A stretch of 64,000 nucleotides of DNA from an uncultured Verrucomicrobiae bacterium (GTDB lineage Bacteria > Verrucomicrobiota > Verrucomicrobiia > Chthoniobacterales > JAFAMB01), in contig CAVXLD010000010.1 of NCBI GenBank assembly GCA_963762565.1, positions 64,001 to 128,000 of the forward strand, read 5' to 3'. A program made the position numbers and the translations under genes. Numbering within the stretch: position 1 is the first letter of the stretch; every line of letters starts with the position of its first letter. This document shows, in pieces, positions 43,511 to 52,292 of the stretch. A model generated the notes under the pieces. The model was not told the origin of the DNA. It saw only the letters and a list, made by a program, of their open reading frames with translations, and searched no databases.

Positions 43511-46498
43511 CTAGAACTTCTTATCAATCGAGACCCAGAAATAGCGCTGGATATTGTTCGCACCGCTGCCGGGGTCGTAGTTAGTGAGAACGGCGTCCAC
43601 CGCGAATGGCGCAGCGGTATCGAAGATGTTGTTGATGCCGAAAGTAAAGGTCGTATTCGCCAGCAGATTGCGCCAGCCCCAACGAGATCCTTCGGGAGCA
43701 GGTGCAACTGCTTTTTCACCTACGATTCGCTTGCCTTCTTTATCATAGCCGGGCTTGGGCGTTTGAGGGGTAATTTCGGTTGGTTGTCCGAATTTATAGG
43801 AGATTTGCCAGTCGAGCGTCGTCCAACTACCGATCAAATGAACATAGTTCGGAAAATTCAAAGTGGCATTCGGGTTCGTATTATTGGCGCTGTTGGTGAA
43901 ATCCAGTTCGGAACCGATGTAGTGAAGAGTTAGCCCGGTTTTAACTGTATCGATCCCGAAGACGGTCTTGGAATAGAACGCGCTGGCCTGGAACTTCACG
44001 TCAGGCGAAGACGCACCCTGGAGCGCGGTGTCCGTCAGGTTGAAAACTCGGAAAAAAGGAGTCCCGTTGGCATTTGCGCCCTGTATGGTTTGCTGAGTCA
44101 GCCAGTAGAGATAGGTACCGTCAAATTGCAGATCGATCTTGCCCCAGTTGTATTCTTTGGAGTTGTAAGTGAAGCCGAACTCAAGGCCTTCGCTGCGGCC
44201 GTTCCCGAGATTCGCTACGGCGGTGGTAACCTCCAGAATCTGGCCGGTGGTTGCGTCCCGCGTAACGAAGTTTCCAGCCGGCGCAGACGCACCCAGATCG
44301 GCAACCTCTTGCGCGCTCAACGTACCGAATTGGTCGTGTTGATCGATTTGGAACCAGTTGATGTAGGCAGAGAACCCGTTAGCCCAGCCCCACCAGCTAT
44401 GTTCCGGATCACTAGATCCGGGAGACCAGACCCCTCCGACATAGTAAGTGTAAGCGTTCTCTGCCTTCAGATGGGGGTTACCGGTTGTCTGATTCAGTAC
44501 GGTTATCTGGCCGAGTCCAGGGTTCTTAGGGTCAACCAGGGTGGTCTCCGCGATCTGCGGCGCCGTGAAGAGTGCGGTTAAGCTCGGAGCAACGAACGAC
44601 TCCGAATAGGTGCCGCGAATGCTGAAATCGTTAAAAGGTTTGTACAGCAGCGCGAATTTGGGTTTAGCGGCGCTGCCGAAGTCGCTATAGTAATCTTGGC
44701 GCTCCGATATGACCAGTTCAAGGGACCGCATCCCGGGCCAAGACCAGGCGCCGCCGACGATCGGAATGTCTACCTCACCGAAGATACTCCAGATGTATCG
44801 CCGAGCGTTGGTTAAGGTACCAATCGGATTTTGAGGCGCAGTGAGGTTCCCGACTTTACCATAGGGATCCTCGTTCGCGATGTAATCTTCACTGCGATAT
44901 TCCCAGCCGCCCGCGACGGTGAGGGGACCCGATGGCAACTCCCACAGCGTGCCACCCGCGGTGGTATGGAACTGCATAATATCCGTCCGGATATTTTCGA
45001 AGATACTTCCGATGAGTAGCTTGTTTCCGTAGAAAGCGGCATTGGGACCGGCTACAGATTCATCCGCAAACGGATTGAAGAATTGCCCGACGTTACCGGG
45101 AAGGGTGCCATTTAACGCGTTTTGCAGTCCGGTGAAACGGAAGAAATTTTCCTGGGTCTCGGTTCCGTCGCTTTCACCGTAGAGAAAGTTGGAATCGATA
45201 TACCAACCATGCGGTAACTGGATGGTTGCGCCAACCACCTCACGGAACGTGGTGACGATCGTTTGGGTTCTCAGGACGCCGAATTCATTAAACGCCTGGG
45301 GACCGACCTGCAGGGGTACACCGAACGGATTGTACGGGTTGTCAGCCGGAACGATCAGGAAGGCATTCCCGGAGAATCCGCCACCATAAGTGCCTTGGTT
45401 TGGGCCGTACGTAGCCAGCTCCTCCGTACGATTAACGAGGAAGCTATCGTAGAGCTTTAACCAGGTAGTCGGCTCGTACTCGACTTTGACTAAACCGCCT
45501 AGCCGCTGTTCCCGCGGAACGACCTGCAGACCTTGGATGCTGAAAAATTGTTGCGGAGCGTTACTGTTGAAGTCGGCGGGCGTGGGGTTCACCCCGTTGA
45601 AGCCCAAATTGGGCTGGAGAAAGGTTCCCGCAGGAATGCCAGTCTTCGTAGGAGCTAACGTTGTAAACTCGCCAGTTAGACCCGGAAAAACGGCGTTATT
45701 CGGGTATTTGAAACTGTAACGAGAGTAATTTAACGCCTCCATTGAGCGATCAATCGCTTCGATCGGACTCTGGTCATAGTAATCGAATACTGCGAGCACG
45801 CTGAGCTTGGAGTCCTGACCTAATTTCTGCGTGATCCCACCGGTAAACTCACCGTGATAGACCTCATAGTCATCTCGTTGGCTGATCCCGTAATAATTGT
45901 AAATATCCGCCCCGTTATACCCTTCTTTGGTGATAAAGTTGACGACGCCGGCCACCGCGTCGGTTCCGTAGGTGGCGCTACCGCCATCATTCAAAATATC
46001 GACGCGGTCGATCGCACCAATCGGAATGCTGTTGATGTCGGTGAAAGTGAATGGACCGCTAGCGGGAGTGAACTGGAAGAACGGATATGCCGGCATGCGG
46101 AGTCCATCGACCAGAACCAGAGTATCTTGGGGCAGCAGCCCCTTGAGTGCAACCGACGCGCCCCCAGGCTGGAATCCGAATCCGGGTATGAAACCCGGGT
46201 TCACACTACCGGTAGCGGCGGGAAGCTGCTGTAGGACATCCGCAACATCTTGGTTTCCCGTTTTTGTGATGTAGGTCTGGTCATAGCTTGTTACTGGCTG
46301 CGGACCATCTCCAACGTGCGGGAGGAGGTAACCGGTAACGGTGACTTGCTGGAGCTCGTTTCCGGTGTTTTGGCTTTCGCCGGCGCCGGTGGCCGGTGAG
46401 GCGGTCTGGGCGTGGGTAGTAAACCGCAGCCCGAACAGGATTACGAACTGAACGACTGTCGCAAATGCGACGGTACGGAGATGTGGATATTTAATCAT
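43511..46498 (-). CDS. TonB-dependent receptor 5 (intact)
   Basis: 995 aa; signal peptide, ELQQVTVTG, DINSIPIGAIDRVDILNDGG..YGTDAVAGVVN, terminal F. Confidence 0.96.
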   Translation of the reverse strand: MIKYPHLRTVAFATVVQFVILFGLRFTTHAQTASPATGAGESQNTGNELQQVTVTGYLLPHVGDGPQPVTSYDQTYITKTGNQDVADVLQQLPAATGSVNPGFIPGFGFQPGGASVALKGLLPQDTLVLVDGLRMPAYPFFQFTPASGPFTFTDINSIPIGAIDRVDILNDGGSATYGTDAVAGVVNFITKEGYNGADIYNYYGISQRDDYEVYHGEFTGGITQKLGQDSKLSVLAVFDYYDQSPIEAIDRSMEALNYSRYSFKYPNNAVFPGLTGEFTTLAPTKTGIPAGTFLQPNLGFNGVNPTPADFNSNAPQQFFSIQGLQVVPREQRLGGLVKVEYEPTTWLKLYDSFLVNRTEELATYGPNQGTYGGGFSGNAFLIVPADNPYNPFGVPLQVGPQAFNEFGVLRTQTIVTTFREVVGATIQLPHGWYIDSNFLYGESDGTETQENFFRFTGLQNALNGTLPGNVGQFFNPFADESVAGPNAAFYGNKLLIGSIFENIRTDIMQFHTTAGGTLWELPSGPLTVAGGWEYRSEDYIANEDPYGKVGNLTAPQNPIGTLTNARRYIWSIFGEVDIPIVGGAWSWPGMRSLELVISERQDYYSDFGSAAKPKFALLYKPFNDFSIRGTYSESFVAPSLTALFTAPQIAETTLVDPKNPGLGQITVLNQTTGNPHLKAENAYTYYVGGVWSPGSSDPEHSWWGWANGFSAYINWFQIDQHDQFGTLSAQEVADLGASAPAGNFVTRDATTGQILEVTTAVANLGNGRSEGLEFGFTYNSKEYNWGKIDLQFDGTYLYWLTQQTIQGANANGTPFFRVFNLTDTALQGASSPDVKFQASAFYSKTVFGIDTVKTGLTLHYIGSELDFTNSANNTNPNATLNFPNYVHLIGSWTTLDWQISYKFGQPTEITPQTPKPGYDKEGKRIVGEKAVAPAPEGSRWGWRNLLANTTFTFGINNIFDTAAPFAVDAVLTNYDPGSGANNIQRYFWVSIDKKF

Positions 46499-46640
46499 TC
46501 TGAGAAGGACTATTTTCGCCAGCTGGGTTTGGGAGCGACGCTGTAATCTGCGGCTCGGCGTGAGACCTAGCGCAAACCAGCTCAGTAAGTGAGTCGTAGC
46601 TGCCGCTATCCACTATGGCGCGACATCGTTTCTTAATCAC
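46491..46640 (-). other. 49-codon upstream ORF / relic TBDR 5' end overlapping the TBDR5 start
   Basis: GGAGG-N6-GTG, MIKKRC start identical to TBDR2; TAA lies just inside the TBDR5 start (ATGATTAA). Confidence 0.55.
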
Positions 46641-46865
46641 TATTACCTCCATTTATTACTCCTCGAAGATCCTACCGGAACGCGCGAAAGTGTGAGCAGG
46701 TGCAGGACGTGATTGTTAGTCATCGTAACGCTAATCTAAACTTGGCGGTGCCGGTCCTGCTCTACCGACATCGCTGTCGAAAAATTTCTCCGCCACTTAC
46801 CGAAGAACGATTGACGCTCCTCCGATTGGGCAATGTGGCCGTTTTAGATGTAAACCGGAGGGAAA

Positions 46866-46917
46866 GTCAAGCAGCATCCGAGTAAAATATTGAACGAAGT
46901 TGCCTTGGCGTTGTCGA
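46866..46917 (-). promoter_or_regulatory. Conserved TBDR upstream motif, copy 5 (divergent)
   Basis: TCGACA-N16-GTTCAA-N18-CTTGAC. Confidence 0.7.
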
Positions 46918-47090
46918 GAGGACGGTTTCCTTTCTTAAGTCTTGCAAATCCTCGGCCCAATCAACGCGGTACAGAGCGTAGATTAAGGAAGAGCGGGCGG
47001 CACGAAACACCTTGGTCACCAGGGCCTCATCCCCTCGGCCGCGGGAAGACAGCCCTCCACGGTGGCCACCCTTTCGGTCTTGTCTCCACC

Positions 47091-47123
47091 AAAAAAAAAG
47101 CCGGGCGGAAACCCGGCTTTTTT
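47091..47123 (-). terminator. Bidirectional Rho-independent terminator after TBDR6
   Basis: A9-gccggg-cggaaa-cccggc-T6. Confidence 0.88.
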
Positions 47124-47206
47124 CCATAGTTTTTAAGCGGCGTCTGCCGCGCCGAACGCTCGGCGAAGGCGGGCGCTTAAATCGGCCTCGCAAGCGAGGC
47201 GCGCTC

Positions 47207-50170
47207 CTAGAACTTCTTATCAACCGAAACCCAGAAGTAACGCTGGATATTGTTCACACCGCTCTGGCCATCAAAGTTCGAGAGAACGCTATCCACCGCA
47301 AATGGTGCCGGCGTATCGAAGATGTTGTTGATGCCGAAGGTAATAGTTGTATTCGCCAGCAGATTTCGCCAACCCCAGCGTGATCCTTCTGGAGCAGGCG
47401 CGATGGCTTTCTCACCCACGATCCGTTTTCCTTCTTTATCATAACCCGGCTTGGGAGTTTGCGGCGTTAGTTCAGTCGGTTGCCCGAACTTATAGGAGAT
47501 TTGCCAATCCAGAGTCGTCCAGCTCCCGACGAGATGAACGTAGTTAGGAAAATCCAAGGTGGCATTCGGGTTGGTTCCGTTGGCGCTGTTTCTGAAATCT
47601 TGCTCAGAACCAATGTAATGGAGAGTCAGCCCGGTTCTAACCGTGTCGATGCCGAAGAGGGTCTTGGAATAGAAGGCGCTTGTCAGGAATTTCAAGTCCG
47701 GACCGGTTCCGTCGGCAGTATCTGTTAAGTTAAAATCCCGGAAAAAGATTGTCCCGTTTGGATTTACGCCTTGCAAAGTTTGCTGGGTAAGCCAGTACAG
47801 ATAGGAACCGTCGAACTGCAAATCGATCTTGCCCCAGCTGTATTCTTTCGATGTATAGGTGAAGCCGAACTCGATCCCTTCGCTGCGGCCGTTCCCGAGG
47901 TTCGCGACAGCCGAGGTAACCTCCAAAATCTGTCCGGTTACGGTGCTCCGGGTCACGAAGTTACCGGGCGGAGCAGCTCCTCCGAGATCGACGACTTCCT
48001 GCGGAGTCAAAGTACCGAACTGGTTGTGCTGGTCGATTTGGAACCAGTTGATGTACGCAGAGAATCCATTGGCCCAGCCCCACCAGCTATGCTCGGGATC
48101 ACTAGAACCTGGAGACCACACCGCTCCGGCATAATAGGTGTACGCATTCTCCGGTTTCAGATGGGTGTTGCCTGAAGTCAGAGAGAGTACGGTCTCTTGC
48201 CCGGCTGCAGGATTCTTGGGGTCAACTACACCGGTCTCGGCAATCTGCGGTGTCGTGAAGAGTTGGGTCAGACTCGGAGCGACGAACGACTCAGAATAGG
48301 TGGCCCGAAGGGTCAAATCGTTGATCGGCTTGTACAATATAGCGAATTTCGGTTTGGCGGCGCTCCCGAAATCGCTGTAGTAATCTTGCCGCTCCGACAT
48401 AGTCACCTCGAGCGACCGGACGCCAGGCCAAGACCAGGCGCCGCCCAGAATCGGGATGTCCACTTCACCGAAGATGCTCCAGATGTAACGGCGGGCATTG
48501 GTCAGGTCACCCGGGGGGAATTGCGGCGCCGTAAGGTTGCCTGATTTACTATAAGGATCATCATTGGCGATATAATCTTCACTACGATATTCGAAGCCTC
48601 CCGCGACCTGGATCGCACCGGAGGGTAACTCCCACAGCGTGCCTCCAGCAACGGTATGAAACTGCATAATATCGGTCCGGATATCTTCCCAGATATTGCC
48701 GATCAGCAGCTTATTGCCGTAGAAGGCGCTGTTAGGTCCAGCCACTGATTCATCCGCAAACGGGTTGAAGAATTGCCCAACGTTTCCTGGAAGGGTGCCA
48801 TTTAACGCTTGTTGTAGACCGGTGAAGCGGAAGAAATTGTACGTCGTCTCAGTTCCGTCGCTCTCTCCATAGAGGAAATTGGAATCGATATACCAGCCAT
48901 GCGGTAGCTGGATGGTGGCGCCAACTACTTCACGGAAAGTGGTGACGGTCGTATCGTTCTTCAGGACACCGAATTCATTGAATGCCTGCGGGCCAACCTG
49001 TAAAGCTTCACCGAACGGATTGTAAGGGTTATTAGCTGGAACGACGAGGAAGGCATTCCCCCCGAATCCACCACCATACGTACCTTGATTGGGGCCATAC
49101 GTACTGATTTCTTCGGTTCGGTTAACCAGGAAGCTGTCATACAACTTCAACCAGCTGGTCGGGTTGTACTCAATCTTGACCAAGCCGCCTAACCGTTGTT
49201 CCCGCGGATAGACCTGCAGGCCTTGAATACTGAATTGTTGTTCCGGATTACCATTGATGATGAAGTCCGACGGTGCGGGGTTCACGCCGTTGAATCCCGG
49301 CTTCGGCTGGTAGAAGTTTCCAGTTTGCAACCCAACGAATTGGCCCGTTAAACCCGGAAAGATAGGCGCGTCCGGGTATTTGGGGCTGTAGCGCGAGTAA
49401 TTCAACGCCTCCATTGAGCGATCGATGGCCTCTACTGGACTCTGATCATAGTAATCGAACACTGCCAGGACGCTGATATTAGAGTCCTGACCTAGCTTCT
49501 GCGTCAGGCCGCTGGTAAACTCACCGTGATACACCTCATAATCGTCTCGCTGGCTAATCCCGAAATAATTGTAAACATCGGCGCCGTTGTACCCGTCTTT
49601 GGTGATGAAGTTAACGACTCCAGCCACCGCATCGGTTCCGTAGGTGGCGCTACCTCCGTCGTTCAAAATGTCGACGCGATCGACCGCTCCCAAGGGAATG
49701 CTGTTGATGTCGGTAAAAGTGAATGGACCGCTATTGGTGGCGAACTGGAAAAACGGGTACACCGGCATGCGGAGCCCATCGACCAGCACCAAAGTATCAC
49801 TGGGCAGCAAGCCTTTCAGGGCAATGGATGCCCCACCGGGCTGAAATCCGAATCCGGGCACCACACCCGGATTCACGTTACCGGTCGCGGCAGGAAGCTG
49901 CTGCAATACGTCAGCAATCTGTTGGTTCCCCAGTTTTGAGATGAAAGCCTGGTCATAGGTTGTCACCGGCTGGGGGCCCTCGCCAACGTGCGGAATCAGG
50001 TAACCGGTAACCGTGACTTGCTGAAGCTCGCCACCGCTGGATGAAGTTTCGTTGGCAGCCGAACTTGGTGATGCCGTCTGAGCGTGGGTGGTACTCCCGA
50101 TCCCAAGCAAGATTACGAATTGAATGGTGGTCGCAGCAGCGACCCTTCGCAGATATCGATTTCTCATCAT
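47207..50170 (-). CDS. TonB-dependent receptor 6 (intact)
   Basis: 987 aa; same motifs; closest paralog of TBDR5. Confidence 0.96.
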   Translation of the reverse strand: MMRNRYLRRVAAATTIQFVILLGIGSTTHAQTASPSSAANETSSSGGELQQVTVTGYLIPHVGEGPQPVTTYDQAFISKLGNQQIADVLQQLPAATGNVNPGVVPGFGFQPGGASIALKGLLPSDTLVLVDGLRMPVYPFFQFATNSGPFTFTDINSIPLGAVDRVDILNDGGSATYGTDAVAGVVNFITKDGYNGADVYNYFGISQRDDYEVYHGEFTSGLTQKLGQDSNISVLAVFDYYDQSPVEAIDRSMEALNYSRYSPKYPDAPIFPGLTGQFVGLQTGNFYQPKPGFNGVNPAPSDFIINGNPEQQFSIQGLQVYPREQRLGGLVKIEYNPTSWLKLYDSFLVNRTEEISTYGPNQGTYGGGFGGNAFLVVPANNPYNPFGEALQVGPQAFNEFGVLKNDTTVTTFREVVGATIQLPHGWYIDSNFLYGESDGTETTYNFFRFTGLQQALNGTLPGNVGQFFNPFADESVAGPNSAFYGNKLLIGNIWEDIRTDIMQFHTVAGGTLWELPSGAIQVAGGFEYRSEDYIANDDPYSKSGNLTAPQFPPGDLTNARRYIWSIFGEVDIPILGGAWSWPGVRSLEVTMSERQDYYSDFGSAAKPKFAILYKPINDLTLRATYSESFVAPSLTQLFTTPQIAETGVVDPKNPAAGQETVLSLTSGNTHLKPENAYTYYAGAVWSPGSSDPEHSWWGWANGFSAYINWFQIDQHNQFGTLTPQEVVDLGGAAPPGNFVTRSTVTGQILEVTSAVANLGNGRSEGIEFGFTYTSKEYSWGKIDLQFDGSYLYWLTQQTLQGVNPNGTIFFRDFNLTDTADGTGPDLKFLTSAFYSKTLFGIDTVRTGLTLHYIGSEQDFRNSANGTNPNATLDFPNYVHLVGSWTTLDWQISYKFGQPTELTPQTPKPGYDKEGKRIVGEKAIAPAPEGSRWGWRNLLANTTITFGINNIFDTPAPFAVDSVLSNFDGQSGVNNIQRYFWVSVDKKF

Positions 50171-50289
50171 TAATTAATTGATCCTTGTTCCCTCCGCACC
50201 GCCCGTTGTGCTCAGCCAAGATCCTTCGCCGGGTAGAGACTTACACTTTTGCGCGGCTCGCCTCGTTAGTGGGCTAAAACCAAGGGTCA

Positions 50290-50339
50290 GTCAAGGAAAT
50301 GTGAGAAATTTTTGAACGAAATTGCGACAAGATTGTCAC
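50290..50339 (-). promoter_or_regulatory. Conserved TBDR upstream motif, copy 6
   Basis: GTGACA-N16-GTTCAA-N16-CTTGAC. Confidence 0.78.
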
Positions 50340-50570
50340 CCCACGTAATTCGCTCGGGATTAAGACAATGTAGCCTGTTCAAGACAAGCTGGTTTCGCGA
50401 GTTGCTCCGGGTCGAGCCTGGCCGTCGATTCCTTGTGTCGGGGTAAGCTTTTTGTGTGCCAACCGGCGTATTCAACGCAGATCGGCCGCGCGATACCGCG
50501 GTAGAGATTCTGTGACGACTTTCCTCTTGAGGCGATATCCGGGCTTTAATTGAGTGGACGCCCATCGCCC

Positions 50571-50822
50571 GGGAGGGAATCGCTGCCTGTCCGACATAGC
50601 CTTCTGTCTGTAGGTCTTTCTTACTAGGGTTGGCGAAGTCGGATCCTCGCGATCCGGTGTTAGCGAGGCTGCGGATGTGTTGTGATCGCGGATCACAATA
50701 GATCTTTGGGTTGTGGCACATGCTCGCGGCGCGCGGGGATCCGACGTCGCCCTGTTGGCAGAAAAATCGATCGGATGCCTTAGGCTATGTCGGACAGGCA
50801 GCGCGCCCTCCCCGATTTGCAC
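50571..50822. repeat. REP/REPIN-like element family C
   Basis: gggaggga..gctgcctgtccgacatagcc / ggctatgtcggacaggcagcgcgccctccc arms. Confidence 0.85.
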
Positions 50823-50917
50823 CTCGCGACGCGGGGGGTGGGAGGTGCTTTTGGGGAGAAAAGCTGCAGTGCGATGTCAGTTCTTGCCCATCATGAGCCG
50901 GAACTCACCACTACCGC

Positions 50918-50948
50918 AAAAAAAAACGCCGGGCATTAGCCCGGCGTT
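50918..50948 (-). terminator. Rho-independent terminator after tonB (same family as the TBDR terminators)
   Basis: aacgccgggc-atta-gcccggcgtt with U9 on minus strand. Confidence 0.88.
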
Positions 50949-51010
50949 AGTTACGTTTTCAGCAGGGGCCTGCCGCGCCAAAGGCTTGGCGAAGGCGGGC
51001 GCTGAAAAGC

Positions 51011-51679
51011 TCAGTGAGCGATCTGGAATACCACGGGCAAAGTGAACGTGCCGGTTTGGTCAGGTGCGAATTCCCAGTTACTTCTCACCCAGCGCGCAGC
51101 GGCACTGGAGAGGATGCCCGGACCAGAGACCGCCTGCACATCTGTGATATGGCCAGCCGACACGGTAATCGCCAACCGGACATCACCGGTGATATGCATC
51201 TGTAACGCTTGTGGCGGATAAGGCGGCTTGGGCGAGCGCATCAGTTTGCCTGAGCGGGCACCACCAGTTCCGGTTCCACCAACCACGCCATTCGCGAAGC
51301 CTTTCTGCATACCGGGCGTAGCCGCAGCATTCGGAGCCTCCTTCTTCTTTGGCGTTGGATGCGGCGCTGAGCTGGGCGCTGGAGTCGGTGTTGCTGCCGG
51401 TATTTCGAATTCCGGCGGTTTATCCAATGGAGGCGGAGTCGGTTCCGGATCCGGCGGTGGAGTTGGTTGTGGATCTGGCGGCTGTTCCTCTGGAGCATTC
51501 GGATCTCCTAGAGGCGGCGCATCGTTGGTGTCCACCGCGGTGAGAATTGTGGGCGGCTGCTCGGGCAGTCTGAACCAGTACCCGAAATACGCAGCGCTGC
51601 CGTTAAGCACCAGCGACAGCAACAAAAACCAAACCAACGAAAACCCGTCCCGACGGGATCGATACAAATTGTCGGACAT
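51011..51679 (-). CDS. tonB: TonB energy transducer
   Basis: N-terminal TM helix, Pro-rich linker, C-terminal PPYPPQA..GDV..W.F.P domain. Confidence 0.92.
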   Translation of the reverse strand: MSDNLYRSRRDGFSLVWFLLLSLVLNGSAAYFGYWFRLPEQPPTILTAVDTNDAPPLGDPNAPEEQPPDPQPTPPPDPEPTPPPLDKPPEFEIPAATPTPAPSSAPHPTPKKKEAPNAAATPGMQKGFANGVVGGTGTGGARSGKLMRSPKPPYPPQALQMHITGDVRLAITVSAGHITDVQAVSGPGILSSAAARWVRSNWEFAPDQTGTFTLPVVFQIAH

Positions 51680-51791
51680 AGTTTAGTTTTTCAGCGCATG
51701 CTGAAAAACTCTGGTCGGCCTCATAACGCGAGGCACGCTCCAAAGATTGTCTTTCAGAATGCTGCTGTTAGTGATCGTTTGGTTATATTCT

Positions 51792-52292
51792 CTACGGACC
51801 AGGTTTGGCTCCGCCTGCGGGCGGCGCTCCACCTGCCGGCGGTGCTCCACCGGACGTATTACCACCTTGAACAGCGTCTTGGGCTTTGATCTCAAGACCT
51901 ACCTTCTGGATCCCGGCATTCCGGGCTTGATCCAGCACGTACATCACCCCTTCGTAGACTGCTTGCTTGTCCGCCCGGATGTAGATTCGCACATCGTGGT
52001 TCGAATTATAAAGCTGCTGAAAATGCGAAAGCACGTCATCCTTCGCAACTTTATCCTTCTCGAAGTAGAAATCTCCTAAAGCATCAACACTGACGATAAT
52101 GAAATCGGGCTTGGTGTTGGGTTGAGCGGTGGTGGCAGTCGGCAGATTAACCTCGATCGCCTTCATGTTAATCATCGTCAAGCTCACCAACATGAACGAG
52201 GCGAGCAAGAAGAACATGATGTCGATCAGCGGGATGATCTCAATCCGCGCCTTCTTAATTAGTACTGGCGAACTGCTGTGGCTCCCGTGCAT
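51792..52292 (-). CDS. exbD: ExbD/TolR family protein
   Basis: IEIIPLIDIMFFLL (conserved Asp), VNLP, IRADK. Confidence 0.93.
   Translation of the reverse strand: MHGSHSSSPVLIKKARIEIIPLIDIMFFLLASFMLVSLTMINMKAIEVNLPTATTAQPNTKPDFIIVSVDALGDFYFEKDKVAKDDVLSHFQQLYNSNHDVRIYIRADKQAVYEGVMYVLDQARNAGIQKVGLEIKAQDAVQGGNTSGGAPPAGGAPPAGGAKPGP

Noticed and set aside
27320..50170. Diversity-generating retroelement or invertase shuffling of the receptors
   Set aside because: No reverse transcriptase or recombinase; differences between paralogs are not adenine-specific; all copies share one orientation
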